In this document: piece after piece, positions 45,405 through 55,170 of the stretch | How positions within the stretch are numbered: position 1 is the first letter of the stretch | How the letters are laid out: every line of letters begins with the position of its first letter | Assembly: GCA_009691465.1 (NCBI GenBank) | Contig: SICK01000001.1 | Coordinates: 24,705-88,704, forward strand | DNA length: 64,000 bases | Origin: Candidatus Kaiserbacteria bacterium | Lineage (GTDB): Bacteria; Patescibacteriota; Minisyncoccia; Phycocordibacterales; SBAW01 | Direction: 5' to 3' | Made by a program: the position numbers and the translations under genes | Notes under the pieces: generated by a model | Told to the model about the DNA's origin: nothing | The model's input: only the letters and a program-made list of their open reading frames with translations | The model's database searches: none

Positions 45405-45818
45405 ATGGACATTACCATCAATTATTTGGCGGTTATCGCGGCGGCCGTCGTCGCCTACGCCGTCGGTGCGCTGTGGCACAGCCCGGCGGGGTTCGGCAAG
45501 TATTGGATGCACCTGATGGGCTTTACCGAGGGCCACATGAAGTCGATGCCGCTCTCACCTGCGCAGGCCATGTCTATCGGGTTTGTAGTAACGCTCCTGA
45601 TGGCCTACGTGTTGGCGCACTTTGTCGTGCTGGTGGGCGCCACAACGTGGCAGGTAGCGCTCCAGCTGGGCTTTTGGCTGTGGCTGGGCCTCGTGGCCCC
45701 CACGCTCGCCAACGGCTGGCTGTGGGAGGGCAAGTCGCCGAAGCTTTTTGTGTTTAATGCGGCCTATGCGTTGGTCAACGTAGAGGTGATGGTGCTCATA
45801 CTCGGCTTGTGGCACTAA
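45405..45818 (+). CDS. DUF1761-like membrane protein
   Basis: INYLAVIAAAVVAYAVGALWHSPAGFGKYWM. Confidence 0.65.
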   Translation: MDITINYLAVIAAAVVAYAVGALWHSPAGFGKYWMHLMGFTEGHMKSMPLSPAQAMSIGFVVTLLMAYVLAHFVVLVGATTWQVALQLGFWLWLGLVAPTLANGWLWEGKSPKLFVFNAAYALVNVEVMVLILGLWH

Positions 45819-46252
45819 AGCACACTATCCTCGCGCTTATCGTACTGGCCGCGGTTGCGGCGGCTGTGGCGGTCGCGGTGCGTCCGGATACCACAAACAC
45901 CATGCGCACCATACTCATTGGATCAACAAAAGTTGCGGTCGATGTCGCCGATACCGAAAGCTTGCGCGAGCAGGGGCTCTCGGGTCGCGCCGGCCTTGCC
46001 GAGGGGGAGGGAATGTTGTTTGTGTTCGAGCGCGACGGCCTGTGGGCTTTTTGGATGAAGGACATGCTCTTCCCCCTAGACATGATATGGGCCGACGCCG
46101 AGGGCCGTGTGGTCACCGTCGCGGCTGATGTGTCCCCCGACACCTACCCGCAGACCTTTGCCCCGTCGGCGCCCGCACTCTATGTCCTCGAAGTGCCGGC
46201 CGGGTTTGCCGCGCAGCACGGGGTTGCCCTTGGTACCAAACTTGTGATATAA
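45809..46252 (+). CDS. DUF192 domain protein
   Basis: GLSGRAGLAEGEGMLFVFERDGLWAFWMKDMLFPLDMIW. Confidence 0.8.
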   Translation: MALKHTILALIVLAAVAAAVAVAVRPDTTNTMRTILIGSTKVAVDVADTESLREQGLSGRAGLAEGEGMLFVFERDGLWAFWMKDMLFPLDMIWADAEGRVVTVAADVSPDTYPQTFAPSAPALYVLEVPAGFAAQHGVALGTKLVI

Positions 46253-46254
46253 TG

Positions 46255-46556
46255 CTAGGAGCGCGTTGAACAGTAGCCTCACCCGCAAGGGTGGGGAGGA
46301 AAGTCCGAGCTCTCATCCGCCTTCGGGCGAGATAACAAGGTAGCAGGTAACCCCTGTCGTACGCTTTTTGCGGGCGTAAGAGGTGCGAACAGAGACGAGT
46401 CCCGCCGCAAGGCGGGAGTGAAACGGCAAAATCCTTACCCGGGAGCAAGGCCGTGCCGTGTCGCAAGACATGGAGTGCCGCTAGAGCCCCACAGCGATGT
46501 GTGGCCCAGATAAATTACTGTTTACAACAGAACTCGGCTTACAGACGCGCGCGCAG
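46255..46556 (+). ncRNA. rnpB: RNase P RNA (bacterial type A)
   Basis: Conserved GGAGGAAAGTCCGAGC (about 46296-46310), GTGAAACGG, GGAGCAAGGCC and ACAGAACTCGGCTTACAG (about 46527-46544). Ends are approximate. Confidence 0.88.
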
Positions 46557-46562
46557 TATGTG

Positions 46563-46590
46563 AAAACCCCGGCTAACCGCCGGGGTTTTT
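46563..46590 (+). terminator. Rho-independent terminator after rnpB
   Basis: AAAACCCCGGC-TAACC-GCCGGGGTTTTT. Confidence 0.75.
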
Positions 46591-46670
46591 GCGTGTATAC
46601 TTATGGAAGACAGGTCCATTATTACTAGCGCGGGGACATCGCGTCTCCGTCAATAATTGTTATTCGCTGT

Positions 46671-48998
46671 ATGCACACACGTCTTGTTTCGTGGTCGCGC
46701 TACGCGCTCCTGGCGGGTATGGTTCTCGCTTTGGTGCTCATAGTCCCGGCCGCATGGTTCCCCTTCCAATTACTTAAAATAGCCGCGTTTGCCGCATGTC
46801 TGGCGGCGGCGGTACTCCTGTTTATCTTCGGCGGTGGCGCGCGGGCGCTTTTGCGTACGCACGGCTTTTATGCCGCGCTCGCCGTGCTCGCTATCCCCGC
46901 CGCGTACGGGCTTTCTGCGTTTTTTTCCGCGGACAACTCTATCGCGCTTGCAGGGTATAGCATCGAGACAGATACCATACTCTTTGCGTTGCTTGCCTCG
47001 TTGGCGTACCTGATGTCCTTTACGCTCTTCCGCACCCTGCGCACCGCGCGGCTCCTTACCACGGTTGTCTTTTGGTCGCTCGCGGCCGCGGCAATATTCC
47101 AGCTTGTCTCCGTCACCTTCGGCTCCTACGCGATACCGCTCGAGGCCTTTACCGACCGGTCGGTCAACCTGATAGGCAAGTGGAATGACCTCGGGCTCAC
47201 CGCGGCGCTGTTGGCGCTGTTGTTGTTGGTACGCCTCGAGCTCGGCGCCTTGCCAAAATTGTGGACCGTCGTCTCTTCAGTTGCGTTGGTGTTCTTGATA
47301 GCTCTGCTCGCGCTGGTCAACTTTTCTCTCTCCTGGGCATTGTTACTTGCGGGTTGTATCATCGTCGGCCTCTTGTCGCTGTTGCGACAGCGTCAAGAGC
47401 AGTCCGCCGAGACGCCCCGCGCGCGGGTGCAACTGCCGCGCTACGCGCTTGCGGGCGCCGCGCTCACCATCGCCGCTCTGCTCTACGGTGGGGTCGTCAA
47501 CACATCTCTTACTAAAATTTTCCCCGTCTCCTCGCTTGAGGTGCGGCCGGGCCTCGCCGCGACCATGGGCATCATCGACCATGCCCGGGCCGGCTCTGTC
47601 CAAAAAATAACTATTGGTACGGGGCCGTCGACCTTCGGCCCGGCGTGGCTCAAATACAAACCCGCCGAGGTCAACCGCACGCCGTTCTGGAACCTCGACT
47701 TTAATGTCGGATACTCCGCGCTCGCGACCGCCTTCGGCAGTGTCGGGCTGGTGGGCGCTCTGGCGTGGTTGGTGCCGCTCTTCCTGATGCTCGGGGCGGT
47801 GGTCCGCGCCGCGCGGCTCTCGCTCCTCTCGCGCGAGGAACGCACGGTGGCGACGCTGTTGGTGCTGGGGAGCCTCTTCCTGATAGCAACCCTGGTGCTC
47901 TATGTGCCGAGCCAAAACATTATCTTGTTGGGGTGTGTGCTCTCGGGCAGTGCGTTCGGCTTTTTGTGGAGACAGGGCCGGAGTGCCGAGCCCGAACCGG
48001 AGCCCGGTATGTGGCAGGGAATCAGCGTTCTCGTAATCGCCGGAGGGTTTACGGTGTTGGCGCTCTTTGCCTGTGTGGTGACGGAACGGCGCTTTGTATC
48101 GCAGGCCTACACGGGTGCGGGGGTCTACGAGCTTGCGGCCGGGCACGTTGATGCCGCGCTCGCCTATGCCGCGAGCGCGGCAAAAGTCGAGGCGGCCCCC
48201 GACGCACTACGTCTTGCCGCCGACGCCGGTCTGCAAAAAATCACCGCAATAGCCGCCGATACAGCGCTCCCGCGCACACAGGCACAACAGGCTTTTACCG
48301 AACAGGCGCAGGCGGCGGTCCGCGCGGCACAGCGCTCTATCGCCGCCGCTCCGCAGGACTACCGCGGGTTCTTCTCGCTCGCGCGGATATACGCTTACCT
48401 TGCATCGCTTAAGGTTGACCTGGCCTACGCCGGCGCACAGCAAGCCTATACCGCGGCCGCCGCCTTAAACCCGACCTCTCCGGCTATCCCGCTTGCGGTT
48501 GCCCGGCTGGAAGCCGCGCAGGGCAACAGCAAAAACATGGAGGCGGCCGTCACCAAGGCGCTGCAACTGAAGCCCGACTACACCGACGCCATCCTCTTTG
48601 TCGTGCAGGTCAACGTCAACAGCAACGACCTTGCCTCGGCGATACGCAACACCACGCTCGCCGTACAGACGGCGCCCGGCGTGCCGGCGATATGGTTTGA
48701 GCTCGGGTTGCTCTACTACGCCGGGGGAGATACCGCGAGCGCCATCCCGCCGCTCGAGCAGGCCATACGTTTGGTGTCCAACTATGCCAACGCCAAGTAC
48801 TATCTGGGGCTTTCGTACTATGCACAACACCGGACCAAGGAAGCCAAAGCACTCTTCCTGGACCTTCTCTCCACCAACCCCGACAATGTCGAAATCAAAG
48901 CTATCGTCAAAAATATAGAAGCCGGCAAAAAACCGCTCGAGGGGCTCGAGCCCGCGACCCTGCCGCAAGACAGAAAGACCGCACCGGTCACCGAGTAG
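46671..48998 (+). CDS. Large polytopic membrane protein (O-antigen ligase/Wzy-like) with C-terminal TPR repeats
   Basis: About 12 TM helices followed by A/Y/L-rich TPR-like repeats (YYLGLSYYAQHRTKEAKALF). Confidence 0.6.
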   Translation: MHTRLVSWSRYALLAGMVLALVLIVPAAWFPFQLLKIAAFAACLAAAVLLFIFGGGARALLRTHGFYAALAVLAIPAAYGLSAFFSADNSIALAGYSIETDTILFALLASLAYLMSFTLFRTLRTARLLTTVVFWSLAAAAIFQLVSVTFGSYAIPLEAFTDRSVNLIGKWNDLGLTAALLALLLLVRLELGALPKLWTVVSSVALVFLIALLALVNFSLSWALLLAGCIIVGLLSLLRQRQEQSAETPRARVQLPRYALAGAALTIAALLYGGVVNTSLTKIFPVSSLEVRPGLAATMGIIDHARAGSVQKITIGTGPSTFGPAWLKYKPAEVNRTPFWNLDFNVGYSALATAFGSVGLVGALAWLVPLFLMLGAVVRAARLSLLSREERTVATLLVLGSLFLIATLVLYVPSQNIILLGCVLSGSAFGFLWRQGRSAEPEPEPGMWQGISVLVIAGGFTVLALFACVVTERRFVSQAYTGAGVYELAAGHVDAALAYAASAAKVEAAPDALRLAADAGLQKITAIAADTALPRTQAQQAFTEQAQAAVRAAQRSIAAAPQDYRGFFSLARIYAYLASLKVDLAYAGAQQAYTAAAALNPTSPAIPLAVARLEAAQGNSKNMEAAVTKALQLKPDYTDAILFVVQVNVNSNDLASAIRNTTLAVQTAPGVPAIWFELGLLYYAGGDTASAIPPLEQAIRLVSNYANAKYYLGLSYYAQHRTKEAKALFLDLLSTNPDNVEIKAIVKNIEAGKKPLEGLEPATLPQDRKTAPVTE

Positions 48999-49001
48999 AA
49001 A

Positions 49002-50666
49002 ATGGTCCGCGCCTTCCTATCCGCAATGGGACTCGAAGTGCGGGGCATGCACCAGGCGGCATATCTCCTTGCCGCCTTTGCCCTGCTCTCCCAGCTGCTG
49101 GCGCTGGTGCGCGACCGGCTCTTTGCGGCGTCCTTCGGCGCCTCCTCCACACTCGACGTCTACTATGCTGCGTTCCGCGTACCGGACCTGCTGTTTGCGA
49201 CCATCGCCTCACTGTTGTCGCTCTACGCACTCTTGCCGATATTGTCCCGCCTGCAGGAAGAAGGCAGGGGAGCGACCGCGTTTCTCGACAAGGCGCTGGT
49301 GGTTTTTTTCTGCGCGATGGGGGTCGTGGCGGCGGCGCTCTGGCTTGTTATGCCCGCGCTTGCTCCGCTCATTGCTCCCGGGCTCGACCACAGCCAGCTG
49401 GTGTTGCTCGCACGGATACTCCTCTTGCAGCCGATATTCCTCGGGGCCTCAAACATCGTCGCATCGCTGACCCAACTGCGGCACCGCTTTGTCCTCTACG
49501 CCGTTTCGCCGCTCCTCTATAATCTCGGGATAATCTTCGGTGTGCTCGCCTTGTATCCCCGCATGGGCCTTGCGGGGCTGGGCTGGGGTGTCGTAGCGGG
49601 CGCCGTCCTGCACTTGGCGGTCCAACTGCCGTTTTATACCAAAGAGGAGCGCGGAGCGCGGATACGGACGGGCGAGGCTCTGCGGTATGTGCGCGAGGTG
49701 CTTGTGCTTTCTGTCCCGCGTACGCTCGCGCTCGGCGCGGGGCAGTTCTCACTGCTTATACTCACGGCGATGGCGTCGTTCCTTGCCCCCGGCTCTATCG
49801 CGGTGTTTACCTTTGCGTTCAACCTGCAGGCGGTGCCGCTGGCTATCATCGGCGTGTCGTACTCGGTGGCCGCGTTCCCCACACTCTCGCGGCTCCATGC
49901 GGCCGGAGAGCGCGATGAGTTTATAAAACACATCGAGGCGGCTCTGCGGCACATGTTGTTTTGGGCGATACCCGCCACCGTGTTTGTCATAGTCTTGCGC
50001 GCCCAGCTGGTCCGCACCATTTTAGGGGCCGGGATGTTTGACTGGGAGGCCACCCGCCTGGTGGCGGCGGCGCTTGCGCTGTTTATCGTGTCGCTCTCGG
50101 CCCAAAGCGTCACCCTGCTGGTTGCGCGCGGCTACTATGCCGCGGGGCGGGTCGCCCGGCCGCTCCTCTTTGCAACCCTCTCCGTATTGGTAGCGGTGGT
50201 GTCTGCTTCCATTCTTACGGCGGCGTTCCACTCGCATGCGCTGTTGCGCGACTTTCTTGAGTCGCTCCTGCGCGTCGGCGACATCCCCGGCACCACGGTG
50301 CTGATGCTCGCGATGGCCTACGCCGCAGGGGCACTGGCGCAGGCGGGTTTCGGGCTGCGTTATTTTGCTCACGACTTTTCGCTGTCCCTACGCCCGCTCG
50401 GCCGGCTCGTGTTTGAGAGCTCTTCTGCAGCGATCATCGGCGGTGCGGCGGCGTACGCAACGCTTGCCTACGTGGGAAGCCGCGTCGATATAAACACCAC
50501 CGCCGGGATAGTCTCGCAGGGCGCGATAGCGGGAGTCTTGGGACTTGCGGTCACGGCGGCTACGCTCGCGCTCTTGCGCAACCGCGAGTGCATCGAAGCG
50601 TGGGCCGCGCTCCAACGGCGGCTCATCAAAGAACCGCCGGCCGTCGAGGCGACCGAGGTCGCATAA
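49002..50666 (+). CDS. murJ: Lipid II flippase MurJ
   Basis: LLSQLLALVRDRLFAASFGASSTLDVYYAAFRVPDLLF is typical MurJ/MviN. 14 TM helices. Confidence 0.85.
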   Translation: MVRAFLSAMGLEVRGMHQAAYLLAAFALLSQLLALVRDRLFAASFGASSTLDVYYAAFRVPDLLFATIASLLSLYALLPILSRLQEEGRGATAFLDKALVVFFCAMGVVAAALWLVMPALAPLIAPGLDHSQLVLLARILLLQPIFLGASNIVASLTQLRHRFVLYAVSPLLYNLGIIFGVLALYPRMGLAGLGWGVVAGAVLHLAVQLPFYTKEERGARIRTGEALRYVREVLVLSVPRTLALGAGQFSLLILTAMASFLAPGSIAVFTFAFNLQAVPLAIIGVSYSVAAFPTLSRLHAAGERDEFIKHIEAALRHMLFWAIPATVFVIVLRAQLVRTILGAGMFDWEATRLVAAALALFIVSLSAQSVTLLVARGYYAAGRVARPLLFATLSVLVAVVSASILTAAFHSHALLRDFLESLLRVGDIPGTTVLMLAMAYAAGALAQAGFGLRYFAHDFSLSLRPLGRLVFESSSAAIIGGAAAYATLAYVGSRVDINTTAGIVSQGAIAGVLGLAVTAATLALLRNRECIEAWAALQRRLIKEPPAVEATEVA

Positions 50667-50723
50667 AGAGGATAAAAATAGTACAGTACGCCCCAACGCC
50701 CCGTTGCGGGGCGAAAATTCAAA

Positions 50724-52523
50724 ATGAATCAGATACGGAATTTTTCAATCATCGCGCACATCGACCACGGCAAGTCCACTCTTGCCGACCGGTTTTTGGA
50801 AGTTACCCACACGATAGAAAAGCGCAAGATGCGCGAGCAGGTGCTCGACAGCATGGAATTGGAGCGCGAGCGGGGTATCACCATCAAAATGCAGCCGGTG
50901 CGGATGACGTACGGCGAGTACCAGCTCAACCTTATCGATACCCCTGGACATATCGACTTTTCGTACGAGGTGTCGCGTGCACTGACCGCGGTCGAGGGAG
51001 CAATATTGCTTGTGGATGCCACCCAGGGTGTGCAGGCGCAGACGCTGACCACCCTGCGCAGTGCGCGCGAGCAGGGGCTTGTTATCATCCCCGCTATTTC
51101 GAAAATCGATTCGCCGCTGGCGGCGGTAGAGGACACTATCCTGCAGGTCAGCAAGCTCCTCGGTGTTTCGGAGGACAGTATCTTGCTCTGCTCTGGCAGG
51201 ACAGGGGAGGGGGTGGAAGACCTGTTAAAAGCGGTCATCGAGCGCGTACCGCCGCCGCGCCAAGGACTGACCTTAGCTCAGGGCTCTTCAAGGTCAGACC
51301 TTGGCACGGCGGCACTGGTCTTCGACTTTCAGTACTCCGACCATCAGGGCGTCATCGTCTTTTTGCGCATGTTTGCCGGCACGGTAGCAAAAGGCGATGC
51401 GCTCGAGTTTGCCGCAAGCGGGCGGCGCTTCAATGCGCTTGAGGTGGGGACCTTCTCCCCAAGTCCCAAAGCCGCCGCATCGCTTGCGGCGGGCGAGATA
51501 GGCTACATCGTCACCGGCATCAAAGAGCCCGGGTTTGCGCGCGTGGGAGACACAGTACGCACCGGCAAAAGCCAAACCCCGCCGCTCTCCGGCTATGCAG
51601 AGCCCAAGCCGGTGGTGTGGGCCAGCATCTACCCGGAGAGCCAGGACGACTTTACGGCACTGCGACAAGCACTTACGCGGCTACGCTTGAGCGACTCGTC
51701 CCTGTCGTTCGAAGAGGAGTCGTCGGGCGTGTTGGGGCGAGGGTTCCGCTGCGGGATGCTCGGCATGTTGCACCTCGAAATCGTCAGCGAGCGTCTGCGG
51801 AGGGAGGCAAAACTGCGTCTGATAGTAACGACCCCGAGCATTGAGTACGAGGTAGAAACGCGGGACGGCAAGCGCTCTTCGGTGTACTCGGCGTCGATGT
51901 TCCCCGAGTTTGGCGATATCGTCAAAGTATGGGAGCCGTTTGTCGAAGTGGAGATCCTCCTGCCCGCACACTACCTTGGGAGCACGGTGACCTTGCTGTT
52001 TGAGCACGAGGCGGTCACCGAGTCGACGGAAAACTTTTCCGAAGGCCGTATCAAGTTGACGGTCGTGATGCCTCTGCGCGAGTTGATGCGCAACTTTTTT
52101 GACAAAATAAAAAGCGTTACCCAAGGGTACGCTAGTGTGTCCTACCAGATGCGGGAGCTGCGCGTGGCCGATGTTGCGCGGCTCGACATAGTGGTGGCCG
52201 ACGAGCTGGTGCCGGCGTTCTCGCGGGTTATCGCGCGACACCGGGTCGACGAAGAGGCACAGGCCGCTGTGGAGAAGCTGTACGGCATTTTGCCGCGGCA
52301 GATGTTTACTACCAAAATCCAAGGGCAAGCACTGGGGCGCATCATCTCGAGCCGCACACTCTCGGCGCTTAAAAAGGATGTCACCCAACACATGTACGGG
52401 GGTGATATTACCCGCAAGATGAAGCTGCGCGAAAAACAAAAGAAAGGCAAAGCAAAGATGAAAGAGCGCGGCAGAGTAAACATCCCCGAGGAGGTGTTCC
52501 TCAAGATGGTCAAATCAGACTGA
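50724..52523 (+). CDS. lepA: Elongation factor 4 (LepA)
   Basis: IRNFSIIAHIDHGKSTLADR, DTPGHIDF, and a C-terminus typical of LepA. Confidence 0.95.
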   Translation: MNQIRNFSIIAHIDHGKSTLADRFLEVTHTIEKRKMREQVLDSMELERERGITIKMQPVRMTYGEYQLNLIDTPGHIDFSYEVSRALTAVEGAILLVDATQGVQAQTLTTLRSAREQGLVIIPAISKIDSPLAAVEDTILQVSKLLGVSEDSILLCSGRTGEGVEDLLKAVIERVPPPRQGLTLAQGSSRSDLGTAALVFDFQYSDHQGVIVFLRMFAGTVAKGDALEFAASGRRFNALEVGTFSPSPKAAASLAAGEIGYIVTGIKEPGFARVGDTVRTGKSQTPPLSGYAEPKPVVWASIYPESQDDFTALRQALTRLRLSDSSLSFEEESSGVLGRGFRCGMLGMLHLEIVSERLRREAKLRLIVTTPSIEYEVETRDGKRSSVYSASMFPEFGDIVKVWEPFVEVEILLPAHYLGSTVTLLFEHEAVTESTENFSEGRIKLTVVMPLRELMRNFFDKIKSVTQGYASVSYQMRELRVADVARLDIVVADELVPAFSRVIARHRVDEEAQAAVEKLYGILPRQMFTTKIQGQALGRIISSRTLSALKKDVTQHMYGGDITRKMKLREKQKKGKAKMKERGRVNIPEEVFLKMVKSD

Positions 52524-52555
52524 TTTGACCCATACAGGATGTAGAGCGAATAGCC

Positions 52556-52660
52556 CTAAAAACTAAAGGCAAAGGTGGAGACGATCATCGAGACTATCAC
52601 GATACCGCCGATGATTATGGCGCCGATTTTGACGTTGCGGTCTCTGTTTTTTCCGTACAT
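52556..52660 (-). CDS. Small membrane peptide (34 aa), below the track cutoff
   Basis: MYGKNRDRNVKIGAIIIGGIVIVSMIVSTFAFSF*. TATAGT (minus strand, 52668-73) lies 7 nt before the ATG. Confidence 0.35.
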   Translation of the reverse strand: MYGKNRDRNVKIGAIIIGGIVIVSMIVSTFAFSF

Positions 52661-52679
52661 GTGAGGTACTATAGCAAAG

Positions 52680-53069
52680 ATGAGGGAGTTTAAAAAGCGC
52701 CGGACCTACGGGGCAGAAATACTGCGGATTGCGGGGGGTAGCCTGGGTATCGGCCTGCTTGCGGCCGCGGCGGTTATCGCCGGCCGGGGGGCGTATGACA
52801 TGTACGGCAAATTTGCCGAGGCGGCCGCCGCCCGCACCGGGGCCGAGGCACAACTTGCCGAACTGCAGGGTCGCCAAGCGGCTGTCGAGACTGCGGTAGA
52901 GGGGCTCTCGAACGAGCGCGGGGTCGAGGGCGCGGTGCGCGAGCGCTACGGCGTCGCGCGGCCCGGCGAGGGCCAGATAGACATCGTGCGGAGTGCCTCC
53001 AGCAGCGAGGCCCTACGGCAAGAAAAAGGTATGTTTGAGAAGCTGTGGGACCTGCTGTTCGTGTGGTAA
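52680..53069 (+). CDS. FtsB/DivIC-like septum formation initiator family protein
   Basis: TM, coiled coil, then VRERYGVARPGE (compare the FtsB ..G.v.pGE motif). Confidence 0.6.
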   Translation: MREFKKRRTYGAEILRIAGGSLGIGLLAAAAVIAGRGAYDMYGKFAEAAAARTGAEAQLAELQGRQAAVETAVEGLSNERGVEGAVRERYGVARPGEGQIDIVRSASSSEALRQEKGMFEKLWDLLFVW

Positions 53070-53092
53070 AGTGTCTTTCGCGCGGGGTGTAT

Positions 53093-53166
53093 GCGAGTGT
53101 AGTTTAGTGGCAGAACTGGTGCTTCCCAAGCATCGGGCGGGAGTTCGATTCTCCCCACTCGCACCA
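53093..53166 (+). tRNA. tRNA-Gly (CCC)
   Basis: GCGAGTGTAGTTTAGTGGCAGAAC, anticodon loop TTCCCAA, CCA encoded. Confidence 0.9.
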
Positions 53167-53206
53167 AAAGTTGCACAGACTCCCAAATAATTTATACTGG
53201 AGCTAT

Positions 53207-53449
53207 ATGGACAAAACCGTAACCATTTACTCAACGCCGACCTGCCACTTTTGCCAGATGGCCAAAGAGTTCTTTGCCGAAAAGAACGTCCAATTTACCA
53301 ACTTTGATGTGTCGCAAGACGCCGTCAAGCGCGAGGAGATGATTAAGATGACCGGGCAACTTGGGGTGCCGGTGATTGTGGTCGGAGGCGATGTGATGGT
53401 CGGTTTTGACCGTGCCAAACTCGCCGCCAAGCTCGGCATCGAGGCATAA
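53207..53449 (+). CDS. Glutaredoxin/NrdH-like redoxin
   Basis: VTIYSTPTCHFCQMAKEFF...GVPVIVVGG. CxxC thioredoxin fold. Confidence 0.85.
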   Translation: MDKTVTIYSTPTCHFCQMAKEFFAEKNVQFTNFDVSQDAVKREEMIKMTGQLGVPVIVVGGDVMVGFDRAKLAAKLGIEA

Positions 53450-53454
53450 TTTTT

Positions 53455-53529
53455 TGGTGTCCCCGGCAGGAATTGCACCCACATCTACCCCTTAGGACGG
53501 GGCTGTTCTATCTATTGAACTACGGGGAC
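53455..53529 (-). tRNA. tRNA-Arg (CCT)
   Basis: GTCCCCGTAGTTCAATAGATAGAAC, anticodon loop GTCCTAA, T-loop TGCAATT, CCA encoded. Confidence 0.85.
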
Positions 53530-53570
53530 CTGACCGCAAAACTGTACCACGACGGTGCTATAATTTATAC

Positions 53571-53852
53571 ATGGATGCGGATTTGGAGGAGTTAAAGCGG
53601 CAGATTGAGCGGCTCGAGAAGACGACTACCGAAACCAACCGGTCGGTGCACAAAATGCGTCGCTCCCAGCGCCGGCAGACGATACTGCGCGTGCTGTGGT
53701 GGGTGGTAATCTTTGGGATCAGCGCCTATACGTACTTGACCTACGTGCAGCCCTACGTCGACCAGATGATGAGCGCCTATGGCAATGCCAAAGACTTTCA
53801 AGTGCAGGTCCAGGACTTTTTTGCCCAGTTTGGGCACAAGACGGCAAACTAG
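53571..53852 (+). CDS. Small coiled-coil plus TM protein
   Basis: TGcTATAAT (53559-64) lies 6 nt before the ATG. LEELKRQIERLEK...VLWWVVIFGISAYTYLTYV. Confidence 0.55.
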   Translation: MDADLEELKRQIERLEKTTTETNRSVHKMRRSQRRQTILRVLWWVVIFGISAYTYLTYVQPYVDQMMSAYGNAKDFQVQVQDFFAQFGHKTAN

Positions 53853-53853
53853 G

Positions 53854-53926
53854 TGCTTGGGGCCGGGGTCGAACCGGCGACATCTTCCTCTTCAGGGAAG
53901 CGCTCTACCAACTGAGCTACCCAAGC
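53854..53926 (-). tRNA. tRNA-Phe (GAA)
   Basis: GCTTGGGTAGCTCAGTTGGTAGAGC, anticodon loop CTGAAGA. Confidence 0.9.
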
Positions 53927-53943
53927 GGTAGAGGGATTCTAGC

Positions 53944-54441
53944 CTAATTAGACTTAACTTTCAATTTGGCCTGGCGGCCTTTGTCGAGTTTGGGGAGCCG
54001 GATGACGAGGAGCCCGTGCTTTTCTGTGGCCTCGGCCTCTTCTATTTCGACCTCCTGCGGGAGTACGATGGTGCGGGTAAACGAGCCCCAGTACAATTCC
54101 TGAAAGAAGAAGTCGCCCGCCGTGCCCTCGGTGTGGCGCTCGCGCTTGCCGCGGATGGTGACCATGTCGCGGGTGATAGAGACGTCGAGGTCGTCGGGCC
54201 GCACGCCCGCTATCATCGCTTTGATAACGATGTGGCTGGGCGTCTGGTAGACATCTACCGCAAGCTCGCCGGCCTCTTCCTCCTCGATAATTTCTGCCGG
54301 GGAGGACTGGGAGATGGGGATATTTTTACTTTTGGGGGAGAGGGAGTAAGAAGCACCACCCTGTTCGAGCTCGTCGAAGGTGTAGTCGTCGGTCTGACTG
54401 CCGGTCAGCCACTCAAATAAGGATCGTTTTTCTTTAGCCAT
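53944..54441 (-). CDS. Hsp20/alpha-crystallin family small heat-shock protein
   Basis: LAVDVYQTPSHIVIKAMIAGVRPDDLDVSI...GSFTRTIVLPQEVE...GLLVIRLPK. Confidence 0.9.
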   Translation of the reverse strand: MAKEKRSLFEWLTGSQTDDYTFDELEQGGASYSLSPKSKNIPISQSSPAEIIEEEEAGELAVDVYQTPSHIVIKAMIAGVRPDDLDVSITRDMVTIRGKRERHTEGTAGDFFFQELYWGSFTRTIVLPQEVEIEEAEATEKHGLLVIRLPKLDKGRQAKLKVKSN

Positions 54442-54444
54442 ATG

Positions 54445-55158
54445 TTAGCAGTAGTCGCGGGCGGGTTGCTTGACCTGCTCGGTCATAAATAACAATACCA
54501 CGATACCAAACCAGATGCAGAGGAATATCCAGAACGTCGCACCCCCGCTACTGCCCAGTATAAAAAAGTTGAAGAGCGTATGCAATGTAATGGCAAGGAT
54601 AAGTCCCACCAGAGCCGCCACGCGCCTTGCCGCCACCCCTTTGTAGAACGCCAGCGCCAACGCGACCCCGATGGTGGCCGACGAGAGCGAGTGCAGCAAG
54701 GTGGCACCTATAAACCGCAGGTCGCCCGTGATGATGGACTTCAAAACCTCGCCGTCCTGGAGCGGCGTAAGGAGGAAGAGCGCGTTCTCGAACGCAGAAA
54801 AGCCCAGTGCCGCAGTGACCAGATAGATGACTGCGTCAAGCGGCTCGTCAAAGACCCGCAGGCGCAACGCCACCAGGTATGCCGCACCGAACTTTATGAC
54901 CTCTTCTATTGCCGCCCACGAAAAAAGGATGAGTGTGGGGGGATGGGTCGGGCATATGCCTCCTGCAATGAGGTATGAGCAGGCAAGGCGCTCGAGCTGG
55001 AGCGCAAGGTATACGCCCGCGGCGCCGGCCACAAAGCACAAAAAGAGGTAGCGTTTTGGCTCCGGCTGACAACGGTCTTCGAGTAGCCAAAACGTAAGCC
55101 ACAACAGCGCCGGGAGCAGGCCGCCGAGCAGAGCGACAAAAAGAACGGGGGACTCCAT
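54445..55158 (-). CDS. PrsW-family intramembrane protease
   Basis: AAIEEVIKF (EExxK), FSAFENALF, LLHSLSSA, HTLFNFF. Multi-TM. TATAAT (minus strand, 55165-70) lies 6 nt before the ATG. Confidence 0.7.
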   Translation of the reverse strand: MESPVLFVALLGGLLPALLWLTFWLLEDRCQPEPKRYLFLCFVAGAAGVYLALQLERLACSYLIAGGICPTHPPTLILFSWAAIEEVIKFGAAYLVALRLRVFDEPLDAVIYLVTAALGFSAFENALFLLTPLQDGEVLKSIITGDLRFIGATLLHSLSSATIGVALALAFYKGVAARRVAALVGLILAITLHTLFNFFILGSSGGATFWIFLCIWFGIVVLLFMTEQVKQPARDYC

Positions 55159-55170
55159 GAGGAGATTATA

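Noticed and set aside
46603-46656. 17-codon upstream ORF (MEDRSIITSAGTSRLRQ*) after a TATACT box, upstream of the large Wzy/TPR gene.
   Set aside because: The ATG is only 1 nt from the -10 hexamer, so it would be upstream of the likely transcription start. There is no supporting feature.
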